Positions 1 through 11,700 of a stretch of DNA of 64,000 nucleotides are shown one piece after another (position 1 is the stretch's first letter; each line of letters opens with the position of its first letter). The position numbers and the translations under genes were made by a program. The notes below the pieces were generated by a model. That model saw nothing but the letters and a program-made list of their open reading frames with translations. It was not told the origin of the DNA and did not search any database. The DNA is taken from contig NW_015165831.1 of the NCBI RefSeq assembly GCF_001447785.1, positions 1,426,064-1,490,063 on the forward strand, in the 5' to 3' direction. This stretch comes from Gekko japonicus. Its lineage: Eukaryota.

Positions 1-1689
1 GTGATGGAAAGTGCCCTCAAGTCACAGCTGATTTATGGTAATCCGGTAGAGTTTTCAGAGGTAGTTTGCCATTGCCTGCCTCTGCCTCATAACCGTAGTA
101 TTCCTTGGAGGTTTCCAGTCCAAATACTTGCCAGGGCTGACCTGGTTTAGCTTCTGGGATAGGAGCGGATTGGGCTAGCCTGGGGTCAGGCCATTCTGTG
201 TATTGCTTCCCTCTTTTTCCTACAGCATCCTCGACCTTTGTAACCCCTTTTCTTGATTGTGGTATTGTGGCCTTAGACAATTTTTAGTTGCACAATTTCC
301 CAGTTCTTTCATCCTGATCCTACTGCATTGTTTTTGGGAGGTTTTCACGTTTTTTAATCTGCTTTGTGCCTCCCTGAGATAGGTGGGCTATAAATAAGAG
401 CAAGGAGTGTGTGTGGGTATGCATGACAGCATGGACAGGCCGCCCCTTTGCCCCCTTCTGCCATGGCTGGCTACTCCTCCCCTGACAGTCTGCCGGTCTC
501 AGAATGGCCGAGGAGGGAGGGTTCCTTCACCTCTCCCTTCCACCGGCTTGCTGAGTCTCCCTGCCCTCCTCCTTGCTGCTCCAGACTCCAGCGCATTCTT
601 CCAGTTTCATTCTCACATCTGGTCAGCTGTGCTGGTCCAGTGACACCTTTAAGACCAACATAAACTTTGTTGGTCTTAAAGGTGTAAGACAGAAACTCTG
701 TCACAGGTGGTGCTTCCCCAGCCCAATTTGAGAAAGCACTCGGCAGTCTTGTAGAGGAGAATCCAAACTTTAAAACTTTATTAATAAAGGAGGAAAAGTA
801 CAGGCACAACAAGGTTTTGAACCCGTGAGTACCCACAGCTCTCCCTAAGGTTACAATGGGAGACATAGGGTTTTATACTTCACATTACATCAGAGAAATA
901 AAACAGAATTATTGGTTCCATCAAGCATTGTCAAATTTCATCACCTATTTCCCATTGGGTTAAGACGGGGGGGGGTGGTTGTTCCCAGGCAGAGTTCTTC
1001 TTTTCCTAACAGAACGGTACACACCTAACAGAACAATACACTTTTCTTTCAGAAGCTATGAAGCTGCATGTTGTATCTATATGATATGGTTACAGAGTGC
1101 TTACTGTTCTTCATTCTAGCTAGGCTAACTGACATCAGAAACATGTGCAGTTGTAGCTGGCCAGAACGAGCAAGGTCATGGGTAGCATAACTGTGTATCA
1201 ACATTTCAGCCTTCTTCCCAGCTTGCATTCAAACAACAGTCACAAATGAACGAAAGTTAATACCTGAATACATCCATGATGTTAGAATCATCTGTATTAT
1301 GGAAGTGCTAAGTATACCTACTAAGTTAAACCTGTTAGGCAGTGGCAGAGTACAAAGTGGTTCATAAAATGTGCCTACAACAAAGGTGCCACTGGACTCT
1401 AAATTTCTCACATCTGTTCTCTTGCATTTATGTGGTAATTTGCTGCCTTCCATTTAAACTACTGGCCACCCATTCCAATAGGCATCTGGGCTCTGAGTGG
1501 CCTCTCTCCTAAGGGCTTACTCCCCACTCTTTTCCTGTAAGGAGCTTTTGAGATTTTATTCCAGTTTTGTCTGAAGAAGTGTGTTTTGTACATGAAACCT
1601 TGCGCTTTGAATAAAATTTAGTTGCTCTCCAAGGTTTCACCTAACTCAAACTTTGCTCCCCGACCTCAGCGTCCCTGCCCTTTATAAAG

Positions 1690-1953
1690 TACTTCTCCAC
1701 CCCTCTTGGCCTCGCTCCTTTATCTCCCGACTCTGGCCGTTTGGGCGTGGGGCAGCGCCCCTGCACTCCGGAGGCTCCTTTGCCCTTCCCGGCTCGGGTC
1801 TTCTCACAGTCGCGAGCTCGGCTTGGCCCACTCGACAAGGACCGGAATTGCCCGAGTAAAAACGAAGGCGAGGCCTTTTCAGAAACGGAAATGACCGACA
1901 ACTGACGGAAATTCCCGAACTCTCTCGGATTCCTCGAGCATGTGTTCCCGACG
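1690..1953 (+). promoter_or_regulatory. CpG-island promoter of ZNHIT2 with ETS-like CGGAA motifs
   Basis: CpG-rich stretch with ACCGGAATTG, AACGGAAATG and GACGGAAATT, plus a TCGCGAG motif near 1810, directly upstream of the CDS. Confidence 0.6.
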
Positions 1954-3213
1954 ATGGAAGCCGAAAGTTCGAGTCCCTCTTCCGACCCTTGCTGTGAGCT
2001 GTGCCTGGCCAAGAGGGCGCCCTACATCTGCCCGCGCTGCCACCTGCGTTTTTGCTCCGTGCCGTGCTACCAGGAACACGGCTCCTGCGCCCAGCTCTTC
2101 CAGCGCCGGGAGTTACAAATACACCTCCAGGGCCAGCGGGAGGATCCGGCCTCCCAACGCCGTCTAAAGGAGGCCCTCCTCCGCCTGCAGGAGCTACGCG
2201 AGCCCGGGGATGCGGACCTCCAGCTAGGCCTCGATCCCGGGTTGGAGCAGGTGGAGTCCGAAGCGCTGTGGGAGCAACTGAGCCCGGACCAAAGAAAGCG
2301 TTTCCAGCGGTTGCTGAACACCGGAGAGATCTCGGCCCTCTTGCCCCCTTGGAAGCCTTGGTGGACGGGGAGCGGCCGTGCTGCAGCGCTGATTCAGGAA
2401 CTGGGGGAGGCCGTCGCGGTCCCCGAGACCCTCCACGCCCCCTTGCAGCAACCGCAGCCCTCCCCGTGCACTGAAGCCTTGCAGCAGTCTCAGACTCCGG
2501 GGCCTCTGCGAGAGATCTCCGCAAGCACCCAGAGCCCTGCACAGCCGGCGGATGCCTCGACCTCCGTGCCTCCGGTGCCCGTCGTCATCCCCCCCCTGAG
2601 CAGCCTGACCCGTTCGCCCGTCTCGCCCCTGGTCCGCTTCCAGGTGCCCAACGTGCTGTACGCCTATGCCTATTCCCTGGCGCTTTACAACGGCGAGGCG
2701 GAGGAGGCCCAGCTGCTCCCGGAATTCTGCGAGACGGTTCTGGACGTCTCGGGGGCGCTGGGGGCCAAGCAGGGCTTCGGGTCCACGGCAGAGGCCCTGC
2801 AGGCGGCCCTGCAAGCCATAACTGTGGGGCGATACCCCGAATGCCTCCTGGGGAACGCCGGGGTGATGGCGGCGGTGGCCCAGATCTTAATGGGGGAATG
2901 CCAAGCCAGGCAAAAGGGGTATAGCTTGGCTGCCCTCGCCCACCTCTCCCGGCTGCTGAGCAAGGGGAGGAGGCGGGTGCCCGCCGGGGATCAATCCAGG
3001 CTGTACACAGCAAAGAAGAAGTGCGACTTCCTTTTGTCCTGGGTGAAGGATAACGAAGGGGCGTTAACCCTCCTGGCCCTGGAGGTGCAGAGAGAATACA
3101 AGGCCCATCTGGACTCCATCAAGGAGGTGGGGGCTGTCACCCAGGATCTGGAGAAGATGTGGGGGGCCAAAGTGCCTCCACCCAAAAAGACCTTGATAGA
3201 AGAATTGGACTGA
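1954..3213 (+). CDS. ZNHIT2: Zinc finger HIT domain-containing protein 2, single coding exon, 419 aa
   Basis: ATG at 1954 in strong Kozak context (ACGATGG; the ORF track starts at an upstream GTG at 1942). zf-HIT pattern CELC-x8-CPRC-x4-CSVPC-x3-H-x2-C, then LLPPWKPWW and PNVLYAYAYSLALYNG motifs. Intronless and convergent with TM7SF2, as in mammals. Confidence 0.95.
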   Translation: MEAESSSPSSDPCCELCLAKRAPYICPRCHLRFCSVPCYQEHGSCAQLFQRRELQIHLQGQREDPASQRRLKEALLRLQELREPGDADLQLGLDPGLEQVESEALWEQLSPDQRKRFQRLLNTGEISALLPPWKPWWTGSGRAAALIQELGEAVAVPETLHAPLQQPQPSPCTEALQQSQTPGPLREISASTQSPAQPADASTSVPPVPVVIPPLSSLTRSPVSPLVRFQVPNVLYAYAYSLALYNGEAEEAQLLPEFCETVLDVSGALGAKQGFGSTAEALQAALQAITVGRYPECLLGNAGVMAAVAQILMGECQARQKGYSLAALAHLSRLLSKGRRRVPAGDQSRLYTAKKKCDFLLSWVKDNEGALTLLALEVQREYKAHLDSIKEVGAVTQDLEKMWGAKVPPPKKTLIEELD

Positions 3214-3222
3214 AGGGCTAGG

Positions 3223-3433
3223 CTGGAGTCTTGGAACTGGTACACGAGCTGGCCTTGGGTGGGGAGAGGGTCCTCCCTCCTGGAGAACTGCTGGATTAGG
3301 GTCGGAGCCAGAAACAGACTCAGTGCCACTGGAGTCTTGGAACTGGTACACCAGCTGGCCTTGGGTGGGGAGGGGGTCCTCCCTCCTGGAGACCTGCTGG
3401 ATGAGGGTCGGAGCCAGAAACAGACTCAGTGCC
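3223..3433 (+). repeat. Tandem duplication, 2 x 106 bp, in the ZNHIT2 3' UTR
   Basis: CTGGAGTCTTGGAACTGGTACAC...CAGACTCAGTGCC begins at 3223 and again at 3329 with only a few substitutions. Confidence 0.95.
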
Positions 3434-4263
3434 CTGTGGATGGGACTGAATTCTGGATTAGTCGCAAGCACAGATGCCCAAGTGGAATGGATTAGCACTC
3501 CTTCTCCCAGGGAAGAGAATACCTTGAGAGAGGGCATGGCTGGGGTTTTGAGAGAGATGGGGAGCAGGGTTGTAATAAACTATCAGCTTGCTTGCCAGGC
3601 CGTTTTCTTTCTGGATTCCTTTTAACCCAATGAAGCCTCTCTGGTTGCAAGAAATTAGTAGGTGTATCAACAGCAGACTGAATGGCAGTCAGATGATGAA
3701 CTTGAGAGCGCACCTTAAAAACGGCTAAATGGCATCTGTGTTCTCCCCCCCCCCAATTATTAAAAAGGCCCCTGCTTTGAGGTGTTTCCTGTCTAAAGTG
3801 GGATGGGGGCTTTGGGTTCCTCTGGGGCATCTGACTAACCCCTGTTGGAAACACAATCCTGTCCTAGATTGACCTTTGGTCTGAGCTAGCATTTCTGCTC
3901 TCAGGTTGTTAGATATATTTTGCTGGTTGTGTAGGACAATTGGATTTTTCTAGTTTGCTATTAACTAGAAGATCAGGGTCGCCTTGGCTTTTAATTCAGC
4001 AGAGAACATACTATTGCAGAGCAATATAAAGCGTATAAAGTATAAAGCGACCAGAGTAAATTCCTTAGCCATCTGTGATAATGGGCTAGAGCAGTGATTG
4101 TTTTTGTGTGAAGAGGAGTGTTTTAAATATGTCCCTTGTTTTCATCAGTGAAATGTTGGAGAGGGTGCTCTAAGTCTGCCTCTTCACTATCTCCCTGCCA
4201 TAATGTTACTGGAAGGTCTGGGAAAAAAGAGATTCCCATATCCAATAGATGTTTAATACATTC

Positions 4264-4277
4264 TTTATTCAAATAAA
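4264..4277. terminator. Back-to-back poly(A) signals (TTTATT-CA-AATAAA) between convergent ZNHIT2 and TM7SF2
   Basis: Minus-strand AATAAA at 4264-4269 and plus-strand AATAAA at 4272-4277. A more proximal plus-strand AATAAA is at 3574-3579. Confidence 0.45.
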
Positions 4278-5637
4278 TTACTCTTCCCCCCTTTCCCCTC
4301 AAAAAACTCCCAAGGTAATAAGCCTGTTATTCCTCACCCAGCCTGGCCCTCTTCAGTAAGTAAGCAAACCCCTTTCCTCCTCCAGCTAGATCATATTTGA
4401 GTTAGTGTCAGCACTGCCAAAAGACTGTCCTGCCATGCGCCCAAACATCATGTTGCAGATCCTTGTGCCCCCCCTCCGACCGTTCAGCATTTCCTTTGGG
4501 AGCTCTGAGTTCTTCCATGTGTACAAGGTGATTCAAATAAAATGGCATACATTTTCTGCAAATAATTTTTCTGGCTACAACACCAGAAAACCTGGCAAAT
4601 CATTCTGAAAACAATTTGTTAAAATTCTCTCTTTTTCCTCATCAGGAGGACTCCAGAAGTTGCACAAGCGTCCTCCTTGCCTTCTGAGGGTAGCTAAGAA
4701 ATGTAGTATTTTAATGGCAAAAGCTCATTATTATAGCCAAAACTCTAGTTGCATTATCAAAATGGATGCTAGTTAAATCTAGTCCGCAGACATCAAGCTA
4801 ACACAAGCATTCATGATCCAGCTTTTTCAGTGATTTTCCTTTCTCACTAAGAATTTCTTGACATTTATAGTTCAAAAGCTGTTAGATGGTTTTAACTTTC
4901 CTAAATTAAATTCACAATATTTCATGTTTCGTAGCGATAGTGGTCTGTCTTCTACACAACTTGGGTGGTATCTGCTGCAGAAACTGCATCCTAGGAAGCT
5001 TTACTTTCTTTTTTGATTTAAAAAAAGTTTCCTTCTGGTTTCAGAACTTGCAAACTGATACTTTCCGAAGTCTTACAAGGCAGAGAGAGGCCGGAAGAGG
5101 ACTTGTAATGTTACCAATACTTCAGTAGAGTTCCTTTCCCTTGTCCTTGAGTTCCAGGAGCAGACCCAATGATATAAAAACTAACACATCTGCATAAACT
5201 AATTCCAGTCATAGAATGTGTTTCTTTGTAAGGTTAGAATATTTTGTGATGGGCACAGGGTCTACCCAGCCCTGTCCATGAGCCATCTATGGGTTAGATA
5301 TGTACATATTCAGGTTTGGTTTAAAAAAATGGTAATTTCCAGATGCAAGTAGTCTCACAATGTCTGACTGGGAAATGTGGATTTTTCCATGGGCGGAGTC
5401 AGCCATCTTGGCTGTGAAGGCAATGGTCTTTCATTCCGTGGAAACAATGCTCAGATATCTGGAAACAGACCGGCAGGGGTTCTATGCGGCTGCTGTGGGA
5501 CCCTGCGAAGACAGTGGCCCCTCTTTGTCTTGTGCAACCAGGCCGTTTTGGTGCGAGCTTCCCTGTAGCCACCCAGAAGGGAGGTGATGGATGTGTGTTG
5601 TCAATGTGATTAGAGGGCTAACCAGCCAAGCAGCGAC

Positions 5638-5798
5638 TCAGTAAAGGTATGGGAAGATCCGGTAAGGGACTCGGCGGCAGTACTCCTGCCAGGCCAGGCC
5701 GTACTTCCTCAGGCACTGGTGCTCGTCCCTGGCCTCCCGGTGGATCAGAAGCAAGGTAAAGTAGAGGACGTAGAAATAAGGCAGGATGTGGCTGATGC
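5638..5798 (-). CDS. TM7SF2: TM7SF2 coding exon 10 (terminal)
   Basis: [14 protein letters not shown]...[12 protein letters not shown] followed by TGA. Confidence 0.95.
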
Positions 5799-8700
5799 CT
5801 GGGAAAGAGACAGGTGACCACTGAGACAGAAAACAGGCAAACCGGTGGACCTCTACCATTGCCCCAATAGAATTGTCCCACAGAGTGGGCTACCAAATTT
5901 AATAAGGAAGGGAGATGGTTCTAAGGATGAAAATCCTAGATCTGTACAACGTTAAACTGCAACAATCCCAAAGTACATTTTATGAGCACTTAGAGGAATT
6001 TATAAAATACTCATAGGAACTATAACAACAGGTTAGATCCACAGTAAACTGGAAATTTCTGCTAACTCCTGCTTCCTGCCACAGACCCCCCCCCCCACGA
6101 CATTCCTCAGGGTCTCTTGTTCCCCAGGAGCAGCATTTTTGGGAGACTGGGGGGGGTGGGCTGGAGTGGAAAGAAGAAGGCACGAAAGTTCCATTCTGCC
6201 ACTGGGAAATGCAGTCTGGATCCAACCCAATGTTATCCAGCCCAGGACTAGGAGTCCCTCTCTCCTTTTTGTTTTTCAGGCAACAGGATTTGTGCATTCT
6301 CCTGGGGGAATAAATATATGTGGTTTGGAACAAGAGTGACAGGAAGTGGGAAGGACGCAGCAATCCATCCCAACCCATTTTATTTATGAAAGCCAGTGAG
6401 GTGTAGCGGCTACAGTGTTGGATTAGGATTTAGGAGATCCAGGTTTGAATCCATACTTTGCCACGGAAGCCTGCTGAGTGACCCTGGGCCATTCCCTCCC
6501 TCCCTCAGCTGATCCTACCTCACAGGCTTGTTGCGAGGATAAAACAGAAGAATGGTGTAAGCTGCTTTGGGTCCCCATTGCGGAGAAAGGTAGGGTATAA
6601 ATGAAGTAAGTAAATACAGGACAAAGTCCTGAGTTCAGCGGCACCTTTAAGACCAACAAAGTTTTATTCTGGCCTGGTTTTCATGTGCATACACACTTCA
6701 TTGTTTGTGGATGTGAAAGCTTATACCCAGAATAAAACTTTTTTGGGTCTTAAAGGTCCTGCTGGACTCAAACTTTATTCTGCTACTTCAGACCAACACG
6801 GTTAACCCAACTGAATCAATAAATACCTTGAGACATTTATACCCTACTTTTGGTATAATTACTAAGGGGGGGGGAACCAAAAGCAGCTTATACTATTTCT
6901 CTCCCCGCCTCCATTTTATGCTCCAAACAACAGCCCTAAGAGTTAGGTAAGAATGGGAGTGTGTGTGATTGGCCCAAGGTCACCCAGCAAGTGTCTGTGG
7001 CACAGCGGGTTTAGAACCTGGGTCTTCCAGATCCCAGCGTAACCATTACACCACACCGATGACCTTGTTTTAGCAGCTCCCTAGAGGTTTCTGATTCCCA
7101 CTTACCGCAGGGCAGGGACCAAGCAAAAGCCATGATGAGGTCCCCCAGATAGTTGGGGTGCCGCACAAGCCCCCACCAGCCTGATACCAGCAGACGCCGC
7201 CCAGTGGCTGTGGGGATGGTTTTGAGTCCTGGAACGGAGAAAAATATTGATTGTTAACATTTTCCAAACTCAGGTGGAGGAGTTCCACTTAAAATTCTGC
7301 ATGATGACGGACCCAGCCGTCTCCCCAGACACAAAAGCAGGAATCCTTCAGATATCCTGCACTACTGGAGACGTTTTGAAAAAAACCCTACATACCTGCA
7401 ATGGGGTTGCTCCAACTTGGCATTGAGGATGTTTATACATGCTAGGTCCTTTCCCCCTAAACCTTAAGATAACATATAGCCTTAAATGCTTATTTGGGAA
7501 ACGGGCCATAGCTCAGAGGTAGAGCAGGTGCTTTATTTAGAGCCTAGTTTTTTCCTTAATGGGGAGCCAGAGTGGCTTCCAACATTGTTCTCCTGGTGCC
7601 CTGCCCTGGATAGCCCAGGCAAGCCCAGTCTCAGCACATCTCAGAAGCTAAGCAGAGTATACGATTGGATAGAACGTCAAACAAATTAACCTTGAATTTA
7701 ATGAGAAGGTGAACCTTCCCAATTGTATTAGGATGTAAATTATGGACTGACAACTCTGAAAAGATGAAAAACTTAATATGATGATCTATGTAATGTTTTG
7801 AAAAACTTGGTAAAAATAAAGTTAAAAAAAAAAAAAAAAACTAAGCAGAGCCAACCCTGGCAAGTACTTGGATGGGAGACCTCCAAGGAATACCAGGGCC
7901 AGTATGCAGAGGCAGGCAATAACAAGCCACTTCTCTGAAATGTCCAAGCCCCACTAGGAGTTGCCAGAAGTCGGCCAGGATTTCCAGGCAAATGCATACA
8001 CACAAATGCAAAAAAACCCCACATCGTTTCCCCTCCTTCCATTTTATCCTCACAACANNNNNNNNNNNNNNNNNNNNNNNNNNNNNNNNNNNNNNNNNNN
8101 NNNNNNNNNNNNNNNNNNNNNNNNNNNNNNNNNNAACCTGGATCTCCTAGTCCAGCACGCTGCAGAAGGTTCCAGTTTTGAACCTGGCACCTCCATTGAA
8201 AAGGACTGCAAGTACCAGGGCCCAGAAAGGCTTGTCCTTGAGATCCTACATTTCTTTTTTGTTTCTTTTTTCTTTTTTTATTAAATATAAAAAACAGTTA
8301 AAAATAAGAAAGCAAATCCTGGTGTTTATGCAGGGCAAACAGGGAGGTGTTGATTTTATGTGCTGCTGATGCTTCTAAGAGGGGCATCCATTTTTCTTGA
8401 GAAGAAGAAGAAGAAGAAGAGATTGGATTTATACCCCGCCCTTCACTTGGAGTCTCAGAGCGGCTTACAAACTCCTCTCCCTTCCCCTCCCCACAACAGG
8501 CACCCTGTGAGGTGGGTGGGGCTGAGAGAAATCTGACACAAACTGCTCTTTTTCAAGGACAGCTGTGCCAGAGCTTGTGACTGACCCAAGGTCACATCAG
8601 CAGGTGCAAGTGGAGGAGTGGGGAATCAAACCCGGTTCTCCCAGATTAGAGTCCGCACACTTAACCACTACACCAAACTGGCTCTCAGAGATCCTACATT

Positions 8701-11700
8701 TCTCATTAGCAATCTCTGGTAAATAATGCAGATTGCATTCAAAGGTTCAGGAAAATGGCCATCCACAGCTGTCCTCCAAGCTGACTCACTACCAGTCTAA
8801 AGACAATTCCCTTGATGCAAAAGATAAGCACGTTCCTCTATTTATTACATGCAATATTTTATTTATAAAAATGCTTGAGAGACAGACAAGTCACCTATTG
8901 CAGAAGCATACTGTGTTCAGTACAGCAGATCCTGGCACACAATAAACAGAAACTAGCAGTCAGAGTTACAAACCAGCTACTTTGGGGTCAGCCGGATTCC
9001 TGCGGAAAGTGTTCTTCTGTGAGTTAGCGCTGCGGAAGACAGAATAGCCAAGGCCTGCAGCGGGAGGAGAAGGATTAAGTGTGAGCAGACAGATGACTGG
9101 GCAGAGGGAATGTGATCGTGGATGTAGAGGCTACGGTGGCCCCAAGGAACACTCATCAGTAGTAAAAAGAAATCCACATTTACCCAAAAGGGAGACAAGG
9201 TGTTTTGTTTTGTTTTTCCCACATGGGCCATCACAAAAAAGGGGGTCATCTTGTATTTGCATACAGTTTACAAGTATGTACAGTTTGGAAAATGAGCTGC
9301 AGTGGCTAAAGTGGTTAAGATGCTGAACTGCAGGCTGTGGAAGATCGGCAGTTCAAGACCCGAGTGTGCCGCATGACGGAGTGCGCTCCCATCTCTAGTT
9401 CCAGCTCATGCCAACCTAGCAGTTTGAAAGCAAGAAATTGCAAGTATATAAATAGGAAGTACTTCAGTGGGAAGGTAACACCGTTCCGTGTGCCTTGGTG
9501 TTTTGTCATGCCGGTCACATGACCATGGAAACGTCTTCGGACAGTGCTGGCTCTTCGGCTTTGAAACGGAGATGAGCACCGCAACCCTAGAGTCGGATTC
9601 GACTTAGGGCTCTTAGGGCTCTTTAGCTTGGAGAAACGACGACTGAGGGGTGACATGATTGAGGTTTATAAGATTATGCATGGGAAAGAGCAGGTAGAGA
9701 AAGAGGTACTTTTCTCCCTTTCTCACAATACAAGAACTCGTGGGCACTCCATGAAATTGCTGAGTGGTCGGGTTAGAACGGATAAAAGGAAGTACTTCTT
9801 CACCCAAAGAGTGATTAGCACTTGGAATTCACTGCCACAGGAAGGGGTGGCGGCTACAAGCATGGACGGCTTCAAAAGGGAATTAGATAAGCATATGGAG
9901 CAGAGGTCCATCAGTGGCTATTAGCCACAAGGTATAGATAGGGACTCTGGGGCAAGTGATGCTCTGTCATCTTGGTGCTTGGGGGGGTCAACAGTGGGAT
10001 GGCTTCTAATGTCCTGGCCCCACTGGTGGACCTCCTGATGGCACTGGTATTTCTGGCCACTGTGTGATACAGAGTGTTGGACTGGATGGGCCTTTGGCCT
10101 GATCCAACATTGGCATCTCTTATGTTCTTATGTTCTTCTTATGACTGGCTTTCGAGCAAGAGAACCTTTACCTTTACAGTAATAAAAAACTTTGTGTATA
10201 ATTTTTTTTAGTGGGGGAGTCATTTGAAATTCAGCATCATCTTTCTTTTGGAGCAATATGGTCCTATGCAAAGTATCTAAACATATTGAAGCCTGCATAC
10301 TTTGGCCAGGCCACAAAATGTTGCTTTTGTTTTAGTACCTGGCTCACTCCATGGAGATAGATCAAGATGGGTAGCTGTGTTAGTCTGTCTGTAGCAGGAG
10401 AAAGAGCAAGAGCCCAGTAGCACCTTAAAGATGAACAAAATATGTGGCAGGGGACGAGCTTTCGTGAGTGAACTCAGGGAAGCTCATACCCTGCCACATA
10501 TTTTGTTAGTCTTTAAGATGCTATTGGACTCTTGCTCTTTTCTACCTGGCTCGGTATCTAATGCCACTTCACACATTACAGGTTGGGTCTGGATGTAACA
10601 CATTTCAGACATGAGTGGCAGATTCTCCTTGATGGCCATGCTCTCCTGTGCCTCCTTTCCTTGCTATTGCCCCTACCCCTGCAATGGGTACTCAAAGGTA
10701 TGCTGCCTCTGAACATGGAGGTTCCACTCAGCCCACCTGCCTAATAGCCATTGACCAACCTATCTTCCAATCAATTTGAATGATTTAAAACTTACAGGAT
10801 TAGACAAAAGGGCCTTTTAATTGGGCAGCAGCCTTGTTTTCACCGTATCAAAGTCAATACACAATAGAACTGTGGAGCATATAGTTTACTGGTCAGAACT
10901 TTTTGATGGCTGCTACCAATGCTCCCTCTAAGCTGTGGAGTCTTGTGAGCAAAAATTCTACTTTGTGAGCTACTGGCATGAAAGTTGTGAGTGAGCGATT
11001 TGGCTCCTGCATAAATTAGTTTGCTCTGGAGCCATCCTTCCTGAGCTGAGACAAAAATGTGTGAGCCGGAGGCTAAAAAACTGTGAGCTAGCTCCCACTA
11101 GGGAGGGAACACTGGCTGCTACTGGCAAAGTTCCTAAAAAGAGACCTATGGGAAAGGAATTTTTTTCTACACTTGCTTGGCCGCACTCAAGCATCGTTAT
11201 TCTGGGACTCAGCCCTTTCTATTAAAGCCGTCTTCATTGTCCAACTTACCATTTAGCAGGATGATGCCTCCAGCTATAGGCAGGCTCAGCTTCTGCGGAT
11301 GAGTGACCAGGAAATAGGCCTGCAGACTGTACAGGAAGGGCACCCAAGCCAGGTCCCCGAAAGCCAGCATGAAGCCAAAACCCTCATGAACTATGTCCAT
11401 GGTGGTGAGGATGGCCTCCTTGAGAAAAGAAACAAGGTGTGTTGAGGACAATTGGAGTGGGACTTAGCACAGTGGTAAATCACTTGCTTTACATACAGAA
11501 GGCCCCAGGCTCAATCCTGGACATCTCCAGTTAACAAAAGACCTCTCCCCGGAGCTGTTGCCAATCAGAGCAGACAATGCTGATCTTGATAGATCAATGG
11601 TCTGACTTGGTAAAAGGCGGCTTCATCTATTCAAACCCCCCACCTGGAGCAATTCATCTGTGTCGTCTTGTCCTCCCTCTCCACTAAGAATGCCAGCCTC

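Noticed and set aside
1-1600. FAU exons expected upstream of ZNHIT2 by synteny
   Set aside because: No ubiquitin-like or S30 peptide recognisable; presumably outside the window.
1682-3013. Long antisense and alternative-frame ORFs over ZNHIT2 (286, 196, 157 and 142 aa)
   Set aside because: GC-rich shadows of a real CDS; low-complexity P/G/R/A composition with no domain.
7602-7900. 5S rRNA genes or tRNA genes
   Set aside because: Diverged heads fused to SINE bodies; no intact 5S sequence or cloverleaf.
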